From: Eukaryota sp. TZLM1-RC
Taxonomy: Eukaryota > Protista > Metamonada: BaSk clade
Length of the DNA stretch: 64,000 bases
Assembly (NCBI GenBank): GCA_040285825.1
Contig: JAUPSS010000002.1
Location: 248,001 to 312,000 of the forward strand
Direction of reading: 5' to 3'
Shown here: positions 22,550-36,011 of the stretch, in pieces
Layout of the letters: every line of letters starts with the position of its first letter
Position numbering within the stretch: position 1 is the stretch's first letter
Translations under genes and position numbers: made by a program
The notes under the pieces: generated by a model
What the model saw: only the letters and a program-made list of their open reading frames with translations
The model's database searches: none
Told to the model about the DNA's origin: nothing

Positions 22550-22990
22550 TGCCTTCGATGTTTCATTTGGCCCGACAACGTGCCTCATAATTTGATTTGC
22601 AAATGTGGATCAAAAATTTCTCCAAATCATCTGTTTAATTGTAAACACTTTATTACTATCCGATCAAGGGTCCATGATGCAGTAAGGGAGCAACTCTATT
22701 ATATGTCAAAGTCTCACTGAATTGTCCCCTATTTAGAACCCATACTCTGTCGTTTGGTTGATGAAGATATTTTGAATTCTTTTGGTCGAAATAGAGGTGA
22801 TTTAATGCTTGAAGGACTTGAAGGGACGACATTTATCACTGATGTGTGTAATGATTCTTTTATACCATTAGCTCAGTCAAAATACAAGAATCCGCTGCCT
22901 GTTGACGAAAACACTAAAATTGATAAATTTAATGCAAAGTTGCTATTCAAATCAATTTCGTTACAGATGTTGAATATGATAATTTATTGA
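22550..22990 (+). mobile_element. Older RLE family C-like copy, 3' part
   Basis: CKCG..HLFNCKH..RVHDAVRE, then RNRGDLMLE..ITDV..KIDKFN. Confidence 0.8.
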
Positions 22991-23038
22991 ATTTGCACAC
23001 TTGATTAAATTAAATCATAACTAATGGGACGACTATCA

Positions 23039-23490
23039 TTAAACCAAGATTTCCTCTACAAAATCTTGATTTGCTTGCTGTCTAGCTAAAGCTTCTCTAA
23101 TTCGATTGAAAAACCGCGGTAATCTATTAATAATGGCAAATTGAATCCGTGAACGCCATAAAAAAATATCAAATCTTTTCATTGTTTTTTCTTTCACCAT
23201 TTTTTGGAAGTCATCCAAAAAAGTTTCTGCTTCAACTGATAATCTTCCATTTATCGAAAATGGAAAAGCAATAAAAACCAGCTGTGTATTTCTATCGATA
23301 TTTGCATCTTCAATTTCTTTATCATATTTTCTATGTTTTTCTTTTGCTTTAAAATCCAGAGCAGCCACAGGATTAAGTTTTCTTCTGTGAACCAAAGTAT
23401 CGTTTGCAACATTACATGAGACAAAGTCAACAATAGCTTCAGAATTATCAATCCAATCACAGTATACATCACCTCTATCATCAGAACACA
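23039..23490 (-). mobile_element. RLE family A 3' fragment
   Basis: RGDVYCDW..IVDF..KHRKY..FIAFPFSINGRL within ORF 23039..23614. Confidence 0.82.
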
Positions 23491-24032
23491 TTACAGATGT
23501 CGAATCCATCCAATTCCTGGTATTTTGAAGACGTTTCTTTTGAACAACTGAGGATTCGATTAAATACAATACCCCCTTAAAAAAGTTTTTGTTCACTTGA
23601 TTGATCAAGCACAATGGTCATAAACAAGGTAGTCATTTATGCGAAGTCACAAATCAAATGTTTCAAAAAATATACTTGATAAGATCTGAGAACCAGGACA
23701 TTGTCCTTGAAAGAATTAATGTCAGGGAACATTAATTAATTTATCACATTTGAGCTTTATGTAGATACATTACTAGTGAGTCCCTTTATATAGATTGACA
23801 TAAAATAAAATTTTCTTTAACTGTACCCCTTTACACACATATACAACCACACCTGACATGCCTTCCAGCAACATTAATTTATATGACACATCCAATTTCT
23901 TGATTGATATGGATTGATTGGTACCTAATACATTGTTGTAGGAATGACAATTGATGCGTTTTTGGAGTTCACAAACTGCCGAATTAAGGTAATTGTACTT
24001 TTTACAGTGGACATTGTTTCATTACCTGAACT

Positions 24033-25533
24033 TGTTGGCGCCCTAAGGCTTATATGTTATGATTAGAAAATAAATCAACTTTTCCTCATTCACTTTTCCT
24101 CATTATCTTTATCTCAACCACTTTTGCAACCTAAGGCAACAATAATTATTGGCCATTTAGGTTATAGGTATACCACTTTGTTATAACACAGCTTTTCTAC
24201 AGAGGATATCTTCAGCAGATATCATGTCAGTCCTTTTCAGCCAAAACACTGACACCGTTAAAACTAACATGCAGGAACATAACAGGTATGCAATTAGCAT
24301 ACAAACAGTAGTAGTAGGAGAAGTACTAGAGACTAGTAAAGTCGAGGACTCGGGATCGAGACCACCCTCCGCCCCTCCTCAAAGAAAAACGATGGAAACA
24401 GGCACGGAACCACCTCCTGCCTCTTCCAAATCAAAATAATGGAAACATGCACGAAACCACCTCCCGCCTTCCAAATCCAACCTAATGCCACAAAAGGTTT
24501 CAGGAACGGGACTACACCCCTCCTCACCAAAAAGGCAAATGTTGGTTCAAGTCCTGAAACTTCGACAGTCTACCAAGGATATGAAAAACTTCAGTCCATT
24601 TTAGACGAACTGGATGACGAAGAGAAAGAACTTCGCCAACAAAACGTGAAGGATGCGGAGGATCACCTCGAACCTACAGATCACTGTTTGTTTGAGCAGC
24701 TCCCTCCTTCATGGAAGCAAATTCCAAAGACAGTAAGATGGCTCCAGTGATGGATTCTACAAACTCCTCACAAGGACACGAAGCTTTACCTCGAATCAAT
24801 TGACTTTTATCCATTCGAGCAGCTCCCTTCCTTACGGAGCCAAACACGAGAAAAGTCGACCAAATACGAGGTTACGAGTAGAAACTCCACCTCCACTATT
24901 ATTGTACTACAATGCAAAGATACGGTCCTTGCTCATCTGATATTTTTAGTCGTAAAGCCCGTACTTTAACCACAAAAGACGCCACCTTCAGGTCTCTAAG
25001 GTTTGTTACTTTGTTTACTGTTGTTGTTAATCCAACATAAACCCTGCATAATCATCAACGAATCCATTCTTCGATTCCATGATACCTTTACTAAACGACA
25101 CCACCACGTTTCTCGTTTACGAAAAAGGGAAGAAGCAGAGCATCTTTATGTAGCGACTAAAACATACACAACAAAGTATTCAAACACACAGATCTTGGAA
25201 CGAGCCCCTTTTCAGTTATTGCTTACTACTTTATACTAACATTGTTCTGGGAGAGCCATAGTACATCAATTGTCGATCTTAAAAATGTGAATCCCAATCA
25301 CTACAAAGATAATTGTAAACAATAGCAAACATTAGAATTTAGTATTTAGTTCTTAGTATTTATAGTTATTTAGTTATTTGTTATAGTTTTGTTTCATATT
25401 CATATAAGCTGATTTATTTTGAAAAAGGGAAGAAGCAGTGTTGGCGCCCTAAAGCTTATATGTTATGATTAGAAAATAAATCAACTTTTCCTCATTATCT
25501 TTATCTCAACCACTTTTGCAACCTAAGGCAACA
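24033..25533 (+). mobile_element. Non-autonomous LTR element (LTR family 2), 1501 bp
   Basis: LTRs 24033..24141 and 25439..25533 (TGTTG..CAACA; the 5' copy has a 14-bp tandem duplication), TSD AACT, PPT GAAAAAGGGAAGAAGCAG; only broken ORFs inside. Confidence 0.92.
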
Positions 25534-26715
25534 AACTGGCATTACCCCTTTTTAAGCTGTGTTTGTCAACTTGTGTCATTGTGAGCTGACTGTGATTTCC
25601 CGTTCAAGAAAGTCAGATACAGAATCTCCTGAATGTAGATACTTCCTCCACAAATATAGTCAAAGTTGGCATGTCATACTACCTTGTACTTATTGAATCG
25701 GCATGTTATTACAGCAAAACAAAAACACAAAGCTATAAGTGCTACTTTCAGAGAGTAGTAGACAATAAATATTGACAAAATAGTGTTGCAACATAATATT
25801 ATCGTGTGAAATTAAATTCTGTTTTGATCATCACAACTGAAAAATAATAATTTCCAAGTAAAAAGTATTTCCCTTCAGGCTTGGTTGAATAGTACTTCGC
25901 ACTTTCTTTTTCCTCATACAAATTTTATTCAAACAAAATTATAAAAAAACTAAAAATAAATCTCCTCATACTCCACATCTACTAAAGAAAACTTACCTAC
26001 AGCTTTTTCTTCATAAAATTTTCCTAGTAATAACAAAGAGCTAGAATATATGTCACCAACAGAATTTCTGTCAAATTCATCAGCCAAATTTGAAAGCAAA
26101 GGTTCTAAAAAATCACACAGATTCATCTTTCACCAGACAAAGTGACTAGAAAATGGTGTATGTGAGAATGATTGCAAACATCATTAATCGCTATTTATCA
26201 CATATGTACCTTGAAAATTTGGTTTATGTACTGATAGATTCATTTGAATATTGCAAATTACCAATAAAGATTCCGTTTTTGATGACTGTATTTGTTCAAA
26301 GTCCGCGCAACTCACCTTACGTCTTGCTCTGAATTGTTGAAAATTGATAACTCAAGGTTCAACATTGAATTATGCTGTCAGTAATACAGTTTTTGATTAG
26401 GCAGGAAACTCTTGTGTCAAAGAATTTTACACCAACCAAACAATTAATTAAAAATGAAACATCAAGTAATGTTTTGACAGGATTTTCGAGGTACTGTGTA
26501 TTCAATTTTTTCAATTTTTGCATCCTATAGAAATGTTAAATGAATCACTTTACTAAAAAAAATAAAACCTGAGAACTTGTCATTGGTTGAGTTCATGAGA
26601 GAAAAACTAAGATGCTGACTGACAATTAAAGCTCAACACCAGCGACAAATGAGTAAGCAGTGGAGGAAATTAAGATTAAAACAACTAAAACACAAAACAG
26701 AGACACAATAAACGA

Positions 26716-27405
26716 TCAACCATAATGGTTAAAAAAGATAGGGGGTGGCAGATCCCCTACTGAATCCCCCTCAATTCTCATTGATTTTTTAATCCTCAAC
26801 TGCTTGGCTTTGTTTCTTGCAACCAACTTAGTCTGAGCATCTTTGTCGTTTAGATCAAACAAATCTCTGCTACAGGTGGCTGCAACAAAAGTCTCAACAG
26901 TTCTATCAATGGTGGTATTGGGAAGTTTATTGTCATTTACCGTCTCACTATTTGAAACAGTAATCGAAGTAATTGGGGATGGACTGAAATCCAGAGATTT
27001 AACACTAGATAAGCCACTTTCGTATAGACAAGACAGAGAAAGATGGAGTTGAACAGATGCGATATAATTAAGGTCCTTATCCTTAAGATAACAGCTAAGA
27101 GATGTAGAAATAATGGTACTTGGAAGTGTGTAGACGTTGAAAGGTGTAGGTAGATACATGCGAAACGAACATGTAGAGTTGGGATACTCAGATTGTAGAG
27201 TAACTGAATAATTACGAGATAAATGATGTAAGTTCAATACAGTAGAGTGAAAACAGCAGGTATATCCAGTGAAACCTGACAGTAATATTGGTTCGAAATC
27301 TAGAAAACGAAACAAGAGGTTTTTAAACTCAAAGGAAGAAATCAGAGGAGAGACAGAAACTAGAAAGACATCCAATGACCACATGAAAGAGGGATTTAAT
27401 GTCAT
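26716..27405 (-). CDS. Hypothetical protein, 229 aa
   Basis: ATG-initiated ORF in unique sequence; no recognised domain. Confidence 0.55.
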   Translation of the reverse strand: MTLNPSFMWSLDVFLVSVSPLISSFEFKNLLFRFLDFEPILLSGFTGYTCCFHSTVLNLHHLSRNYSVTLQSEYPNSTCSFRMYLPTPFNVYTLPSTIISTSLSCYLKDKDLNYIASVQLHLSLSCLYESGLSSVKSLDFSPSPITSITVSNSETVNDNKLPNTTIDRTVETFVAATCSRDLFDLNDKDAQTKLVARNKAKQLRIKKSMRIEGDSVGDLPPPIFFNHYG

Positions 27406-27773
27406 TATTATTTTTGGTTTGAAAAGTATGGTTTTATGCTACTGGAAATTTCACTTATCATGCATTCCCAAGTGAAATTCACTCCTGTTTTCAACTTTCT
27501 CAATGTCTACTCACAGGCTGTAAGAGACATGTAGCGTTATTTGACAAAGACAATCATGATCTTCATCAATGGGCTACCTCACTTAAATACACCTACTGCT
27601 TTCACAGAACAAAGCCTCGTGACTTGATGTATCTAAGTGGATCTACCAAATGCTGCTAAGACATTTGTGGATCCGTCCCAAAAGTTTTTAAAAAAAAATT
27701 AAAAATACAATTCAAAAAATCAAAATAAAATACTTTTCGAAAATTTTAGTTTCTGTATGCTCAGGTTCCTCAT

Positions 27774-28181
27774 TCATTTCCTCAATAGAACTTCTGAACA
27801 AATGTATCTTTCCGGCCACAATTCCGCTTTCTTCTTAATTTGAATATATTTTGCAGCGGAAATATCTCTGTCATATACTATTTGACATTCAGAACAAATA
27901 CGCATCTGCCATGAGCCTGCTTGAATATTCTCGGCCATGTAACAACTGGATAGTTTGCGTGTATTAAGTTCACTGGTTGATAAGTGCTTTACGTCCTTTT
28001 GATAAAACAACCAGTTTCTAAAAGCCCTGGCTGATCCATATCTATTGATTTTTTGGCAATGAGAAGGAAAATTAGCAGAGCCCACAACAAAGTAGAGCTT
28101 TTTAGGATGTCCAGCCAGCCTTTGAAATTTGTTGAGGTTCTCTCGGAACTTTTTTTTGACCAAAATTTTAATTTTATTCAA
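27774..28181 (-). pseudogene. Fanzor/TnpB C-terminal remnant, second family
   Basis: VVGSANF...SELNTRK (RuvC-II E.xTS-like)...CSECQIVYDRDISAAKYI (zinc finger plus RuvC-III). Confidence 0.75.
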
Positions 28182-28184
28182 AAC

Positions 28185-28830
28185 CTATAAATCAACATCT
28201 AAAAAATCCATCTCTCCCAGAACAAAAACACTAGATGCAACTCTTTCATAGTGAGATCCAAGAGAAAGCAAAGCATCAGAAACCATCTTCAACATCCCCT
28301 TAAAAATAGAAAACACAATTCTATTTTGCCAAAACAATCTGTTGAAATTTCTCCCAGTTCTTCTCTTTACAATCATTTCAAAATCATCCAAAAAACGTAT
28401 AGCCGTTGGATCAAGTGAACCAAATAGAGAAAATACAGATAGATACAAGTTGTATTTTGCATGCTGTAGACTGGCCAATTTGGACAAAGGTTCATTGTAC
28501 TTTTTGAATTTGAAATTTTCTGCATTTGAAAGGGAATTATGAATTTCAGAATTAACTAGCCTTTCATTTGAGGCATTACAAGGATCAACAGACATTACAT
28601 CCAATAAAATGAAACTTCCATCTAATCCAGGTAATATCACATCACCTCTATTATTCTTATGAAAATCATCTTCAGCATCAAACAGATTTGACAACAGAGG
28701 TTCCAAGAAAAATTTAATTCTATGAGACTTACACATACAATATAACTGGTCTCTTACACCATCATGAACCTTGCTTCTAAAAGTAATAAAATGTTTACAA
28801 TTTAACAAATGAGTAGTTGTAATTTCTCTC
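28185..28830 (-). mobile_element. RLE non-LTR 3' fragment (family E)
   Basis: NCKH..RSKVHDGVRD..LEP..NRGDV..LLDV..KFKKY; homologous to 42050..42760 and 57075..57600. Confidence 0.85.
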
Positions 28831-30735
28831 GGAACCGTCTCACTTTTCGTCTGCGGTTATCAAATTTAATTTTTTCCGTTTCTGGCGATTACTTCCCAAT
28901 TAAACTTTCCTCCTTACCAAATTCCATTGGTTTAAATATTGGTTGAATTTTTGAACGGAATATTGGTTGGGAGAGTGTTTACTGGGAGAACGTTGTGTCG
29001 CGTATCTTCTGCCAGTTGGACAAGGGATCACTCCACACTGTTTATCATTTAACAAGTAACCACATAATTTAGACTGGCCCAGATCACCGTCGATCGGGGC
29101 CGTTCAGGTTTAATTTCGACGGGGAATTTTCTAGTGCCCTTCAACTGTATTTCTCTGGTTTTGTTGGCAACAGGGTCACCTATCATTTCTTTTTTAATCT
29201 TCTTTTCTTTTTCGGTGGTTCATCCAGCTCATCTGTGTTTTCTGAGTCAGTGTTTTTACTTTAAAATGTTAAAAGATGTTCACTACCATTAGTTTTCAAT
29301 AAAAAATTTTTTAAATCTATTCTTCAAACTTTTTCTGTTGATATTGAATTTTTGATGAGGGGATTGTTTAAATAATCGTTTCAAATATTCATCTTTGATG
29401 AACTTTATTTCGGAAGATGATTCTTTAATAAGTGGAAATTTTTTCAAACAGTGCAAAACATGTGAAGGTACCTCAAGAAATTTGGAACCTTTATGAGAAG
29501 CTAAAGGTATTTATCATAATTTCTTCCAGCAACGCATATGAGAAATAAAGTGAGTAAGTATGGTGAAATTTTAAGATTAAAGAGAAAGAGCTCACCAATT
29601 TTTTTTGATGAAAAGGCGATTCTATCATTTGAAAATAGTAAGGATGCAGTGGCAGGAAATCTTTGAAAGAGATTCAAGATAAAATTACATGCATTTAATG
29701 AAAAGAAACTTTTTGTTGAATTATTAAAATGGAAATTGATGTATGGCTCGAGAATAGAATGAATAACTACTTCTTCGGGTTTTTCAACTTCTGTAGGTTC
29801 ACCAACATCTAGAGGTGCTATGGTTTATCTGGTATAAAAGAAAAAAGATAATTGGCACATACATTCGTTTTATCCAGAATTCTACAATGAGCACGAATGA
29901 AATTTTTTGTCCAGGATTGACAAATTTTAGGTAAATTTGTTTTTAACATTGAATGCCAATTGACGACCCCAACAAGCAAAGTAAGAAGAAAGTCTTTTTC
30001 TATTGATAAAATTGCATTTCTGTGCCTGTAGCCAATCATTGAGGAAAATATTGAATGTATTTCTGAAGGGAACTAGAGAATTTTCCCATGGAGAAACAAG
30101 AGACCTCTCGTGTGGGCATTCAGGAAGACATCCACTGTAAAAAGATATGTAATAATTGGCGTTGTCTTTTGGAGGTGGATGGGTTTGGAAAAGAACCAGT
30201 GGTGATAACGGTCATAAAAAGATACCATACATGCTGTTCCACTGAAGCTCCAGACGCCAACGGCAAATTCAAAACAAAAGATTGAAGTGATAAAGAAGCT
30301 TCATGACAAATCTCGGTGACCAAAGGAAGGTAAGCCCGATTTTGTTCCATTGCAGTAGGGATCAGAAGTGAGTTAAGTGCACATGACCGAGTGAATACAC
30401 TTGAGACAGAGTGGGTGTCTGACATGTAGTGAGAATAAACAGCTCATCTATTAAATTTACACTTGTCACCCCATTTTTGACTTCTGATCACCTGTTCTGG
30501 GTGATTTTCAGCCCTCAACTTGGCTTTGAAAGGTTTTCATTATGCCCTCACTTTCATCTAACTTCATAAACTATGTTCTGGTTATGTCGCAACAGTAAAT
30601 TGAATATACCTCTTTGCGCAACAACTGTTTTTCTCTTATCACTCTCTCATGTTCTGGTCTCTTGTGTGGTTTTTATGCATTGTCTCTTTCTCATTTATTT
30701 TTATTTTCCTCACCTACCTTCTTTCCTGAGCCTTA

Positions 30736-33700
30736 CGATGCTGTAGGGTTAGACATTACAGAATATGTTGTACTATGGACATTTAGTCTAGTATAGACTT
30801 CACTAGTGACGGCCTTTATAAGGGCCAATGAAATTTAATAAATATCTTTATCTTTGATCTCTATTCTGTACAATGTCTAACCATACAGCATCATTAATTA
30901 ATGGCTCCGGCCAGGACATTAACGGTAATCCTCCATCTACGGAGAGTAATCCTTCTTTCGAGAAGAGTAATCCTTCCTTCGGGAAGAGTAATCCTCCTAA
31001 GTAGAGTGAGATTTCCGCTGAGAAGAACCTTGCCTCTCAGAAAGAGAAGTCACCTCCCCAATAAGGAGAGTGAACTTCGCGCTGAGGAGAGCCCTACCTC
31101 TCAGATAGGAAATCACCTCCCCAATAAGGAGAGTGTTAATCACGTTGTTGATGTGACAGAACTGTACACATACCCTAACAACTCCTCGGAGCACCTTCCT
31201 TGTAGGAAGAGTTTTCTCACTCCGAACGAGCAACGGAGATTCAAAGCGTTTGCTATAAGCAACAATTCTAACGCTTGTACAGAAGGTGAAGGATGCGAAG
31301 GTGAGCAAAGGTCTACGACTAGCTCTTCACGTAAAACTCCCTTTTCACCCATTTCTGACATCAGCTCAAGTGAGAAACCACAAGGTGATTTCAGAGGATC
31401 TCATAATCAGGACAACAGCAGAAGATGGGATGAGAGCGATGATGAACCACCTCATACACCCAATCCTTCTAATCCAACTCCAAGTTTTCCATCTACGGAA
31501 AAGACTTCTCAAGGTGTTTACCGAAGGAAACTAGCAATGGCAGTTGAGGCTGTAACTAGAGATTTCCTATTGGATCTCATCGCCAATCCTCCTAAAGATG
31601 TAATAGATTGGAGTGATGACGAATTATTAAAAATGGCTGAGAATGAGTCAGAACGTCTTTCGGGAGACGTAGACCCAGCCGAATATGAGAAGGTCAGATG
31701 TGACTATTTAGCGAAACGTTGGCCTTTTCTTTTTGGGGAATTTCACGGCAAAACACTTGACGATGTCGTCTACGAGAGTTATGATCAGAGTCCAAATCTT
31801 TTAAAAAGATTGCATGATTTTACCGATTCGGCAGTTTTGTGTGGGATGAGTGCAGTCGAGGATTGCTATTTTAGTGCTCCTCGTTCAAAGTATCAAGCTG
31901 CTACTCCCAGACCTGCCAAATAGTATAGAAATGCGATTGATGACCACAAAATATATTTCAGTGAAAATAAAGATGCTTACGACAGGTTATTTTGGATAGC
32001 TTAAATGTATCCTCATAATGAACAGGGTAGAAACCTTAGAGGCGTCGTAAGGCATTTCCTGGTGGAGAACGTACACCCAAAAAATTCCATTGCGGACATC
32101 GTACTTATGCTTGGGGCAGATTCGATGAATCTCGAGGCGACACCCTTCAATTTCATGCCAAAGAGTCCTACATTAGAAAAATAGGCACCAGGGTAATCGA
32201 ATTGAAAGAGCAACGTGTTGGCCATAACAAGTTAAAATTAGTTCATCCTGATGCATGGATGGCAAAACTAAAGGCATGGGTTGATAGCTGGCCCGACCAA
32301 AATGTTTTTGAGATCGTCTTAATAAAAAGCAGTTGCCTTCCATATGATCATAAATTAGCAGGGATCCCTAGAGGATCTAAAGATGCACCAGATAAGGGTG
32401 GATTTAAGGCCACCAGCCCAGACTGTACCTGTGCAGGAGGAACCTCCTAAGACAAGATTTATCATAAAGTTGGGCGAAAAATTGCCTTCAGAAGAGAGGA
32501 ATATGAACTCATTTAGTACACCTTCTGTAGGGCCTCTGGCATCTAGGAGAGCTTCTTGTGAAGCAACTCCTACACAAGCATCTGTCATAAAACTATTTAT
32601 ACCCACGCAACCCCATAGGAACGAATGCTCCTAGAGATTCTCTCGTCGACACCCTCGGTCTTTATAGAACTGTTGTAACAGACGAGGAGAAATTGAGAAA
32701 AAGAATAGACGACAAACTCAGATGTCTAGTTAAGCAAAATGAAGCGTTTGACGCCAAGAAGATCTTCGACTTCGTTCTTAACTTTGGCAATTGGGCTAAA
32801 ACGGTTAGGGATCGCAATGGACCCACCAGAGCATTTACGATGATCACCAAACCGTCAAAAATCAACTGGACTTCTGATCATGACGAGGCTTTTGGTAAGA
32901 TTATAAATCTTTTAAAACAAATATCCCTCTTGAATTGCCCTCAGAAGACAAGCATATTTTAATTAGTGCTGACGCGTCCGATGTGGCTGTAGGTGGAGTA
33001 ATATGGCAAGAAGCTAACCCACCTAAAGATCCTACGACACCGCTAATTAAGAGAAAGGTTGTACCTATTGCCTTCTTTAGCAGATTATTATCAACTTCAC
33101 AAAAGAATTAGTCTGTACTTCAGAAAGAGTTGTATGCAATTTTACTAATTCTCACTGACGGAGTTGCTTCACAAGAAGCTCTCCTAGATGCCAGAGGCCC
33201 TACAGAAGGTGTACTAAATAAGTTCATATTCCTCTCTTCTGAAGGCAATGTTTCGCCCAACTTTATGATAAATCTTGTCTTAGGAGGTTCCTCCTGCACA
33301 GGTACAGTCTGGGCTGGTGGCCTTAAATCCACCCAATCTGGTACAACTTTAGATCCTCTAGGGACCTCTGCGAATTTATGATCATATGGAAGGCAACTGC
33401 TCTTTATTAAGACATTCTCAAAAACATTTTGGTCGGGCCAGCTATCAACCCCTGCCTTAAGTTTTGCCATCCATGCATCAGGATATACTAATTTTAACTT
33501 GTTAGGGCCAACACGTTGCTCTTTCGATTCAATTACCCTGGTGCCTATTTCTCTAATGTAGGACTTTTTGGCATGAAATTGAAGGGTGTCACCTCGAGAT
33601 TCATCGAATCTGCCCCCAAGCATAAGGCAGATGTCCGCAATGGAATCTTTTGGGTGTACGTTCTCCACTAGGAAATGCATCACGACGCCTCTAAGGTTTC

Positions 33701-34976
33701 TACCCTGTTGATTATGAGAATGAATTTTAGCTATCCAAAATAGTCTGTCGTAAGCCTCTTGATTTCCACTGAAATATATTTTGTGGTCATCAATCGCATC
33801 CCTATGCCATTTGGCAGGCCTGGGAATAGCAGCTTGATACTTTGAACGAGGAGCGCTAAAATAGCAATCCTCGACTGCACTCATCCCACACGACACTGCC
33901 GAATCGGTAAAATCATGCAATCTTTTTAAAAGATTTGGACTCTGATCATAACTCTCGTAGACGACATCGTCAAGTGTTTTGCCGTGAAATTCCCCAAAAA
34001 GAAAAGGCCAACGTTTCGCTAAATAGTCACATCTGACCTTCTCACATTCGGCTGGGTCTACGTCTCCCAAGAGGCGTTCTGACTCATTCTCAGCCATTTT
34101 TAGTAATTCATCATCACTCCAATTCATTAAGTCATCGAGATGATTGGCGATGAGATCCAATAGATAATCTCTAGTTACAGCATCAACTGCCTTTGCTAGT
34201 TTCCTTCGGTAAGGACCTTGAGAAGTCCTTTCCGTAGATGGAAAACTTGGAGTTGGAGTAGAAGGATTGGGAGTATGAGGAGGTTCATCATTGCTCTCAT
34301 CCCCTCTTCTGCTGTTATCCTGATTATGAGTTCCTCTAAAATTACTTTGTGGTTCCTCACTCGAGGTGGTGTCAGAAGTAGGTGAGGAGGGAGTTTTACG
34401 TGAAGAGCTAGTCTTAGACTGTTGCTCGTCTTCACCTCCTTCACCTTCTGTACAAGCGTTAGAATTGTTAGTTATAGAAAACACTTTGAATCTCTGTTGC
34501 TTGCTCGGAGTAAGAAAACTCTTCCTACAAGGAACGAGCTCCGAGGAGTTGTTAGGGTATGTGTACAGTTCTGTCACATCAACAACGTGATTACCACTCT
34601 CCTTATTGGGGAGGTGACCTCCTTTCTGAGAGGTTATGCTCTTCTCAGCGGGAGGTTCACTCTCCTTATTGGGGAGGTGACTTCCTTTATGAGAGGCGAG
34701 GCTCTTCTGAGCGGGAAGTTCACTCTCCTGAGGAGGATTACTCTTCCCAAAGGAAGGATTACTCTTCTCGAAAGAAGGATTACTCTCCGTAGATGGAGGA
34801 TTACTCTCCTTAGATGGAGAATTACCGTTAATGTCCTGGCCGGAGCCATTAATTAATGATGCTGTATGGTTAGACATTACAGAATAGAGATAAAGATATT
34901 TATTTAAATTTCACTGGCCCTTATAAAGGCTGAAGTATGTGAAGTATGTACTAGACTAATTGTCCACAGTAGAACA
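30736..34976 (-). mobile_element. LTR family 4 element (outer, minus strand), internally deleted
   Basis: 5' LTR 34976..34857; gag-like ORF from ATG 34877; last 30 bp of the 3' LTR survive at 30736..30765; TSD CTTA at 30732..30735 and 34977..34980. Confidence 0.85.
30766..33159 (+). mobile_element. LTR family 4 element (inner, plus strand) inserted in the outer element's 3' LTR; truncated in RNase H
   Basis: LTR 30766..30893; decayed gag-like ORF; pol fragment ISADASDVAVGGVIW..PIAFFSRLL..QKELYAI ends at an abrupt junction near 33159. Confidence 0.85.
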
Positions 34977-36011
34977 CTTAGGACTTTTCCTGTACGCTTT
35001 TCACGTGGTTTTCTACTCTTTTTTGACCCTTCTTTACGTTATATCTGCAATTGATTCTCTTAAATCAATTGTTGGCCTCGCCCTAAAAGCCACCACTCTC
35101 TTCCTATATGTCCATTCTTCACCATCGTCAGTTTCTTCACAATCCCGCTTTTCTCTCTTTTCAGACGTTGCCAAAATGGTTGATAAAATGGATTTCTTCC
35201 ATTTTTTTTTAAAAAAAATTTCTTCCATTTACATCATATTATTATTCAACCAAACAGACCACCCCGTAAAACTTTTAGTTTCAAATAAACAGTATTATTT
35301 CGGGAATCAACATTGATAAAGGTGATTTCAACCCGAAATTGCATGCAGCACCACCTTATGTTTGTTACATTTTTTTGATAGTTCCAAAACAATACTTAAG
35401 TAAATTAAACACAATCAAAACTCATGGAGAGAAACATGCAGACAAATATTAAAATATCAACAACTCTGCTATAAAACTGCTTTTACTAAATCTTCTATTT
35501 TGTGTCAATCAACATTTTTGGGTGGATGCAACAATTTCATTTATGAATTTTCTTTTAGATTTCCTGAAGATTCTCATGTGTTAGTTCCCAGTTGCAGTCC
35601 ATATTTGAATGAGTTATCTTGTGAACATGAAAGATTGCCACCACAAATTTGGACCAAATATTTTCCCAATCAATTCAAGAAATTCCAAACCGATCTCTTT
35701 TTAATTTGTAGTTTTTCTGTGAAAAGCTTTAACAAAAATTGTGAAAGATTTTAAAAAGTTTGGATTTTGATGTTACACTTGGCTTGGCCAAGAAAAAGAA
35801 TCCCGCTTTTGCAAAACTTTTACAAGATATGTGCGATAGTACTTCTTCTGCCTTAGTAACAACTGATGGTCTTGGCTGTTGGTTATTGTCTGACATACAA
35901 TGTAGAGTAACAGAAGTGTAATTTATTACGAAGAAGAATTGTATTCTCTCTTCTTAAGCTAACAGGCGGAATACTAATAACTAAACTATTAACTATAAAT
36001 ACTATTCAAGA

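Noticed and set aside
24036-24043. TGGCGCCC resembling a tRNA-Lys primer-binding site
   Set aside because: It lies at the start of both LTR copies, not downstream of the 5' LTR.
28830-30700. Broken reading frames suggesting a pseudogene or transposase
   Set aside because: No motif could be recognised with confidence, so it was left unannotated.
30930-31140. Short periodic repeats as a CRISPR-like array
   Set aside because: They are in-frame coding repeats of 21 and 60 bp without unique spacers, in a eukaryotic retroelement.
30736-34976. DIRS-like element or DNA transposon with long terminal inverted repeats
   Set aside because: The TSD, split LTR and Gypsy-type RNase H are better explained by nested LTR elements; no tyrosine recombinase or transposase is seen.
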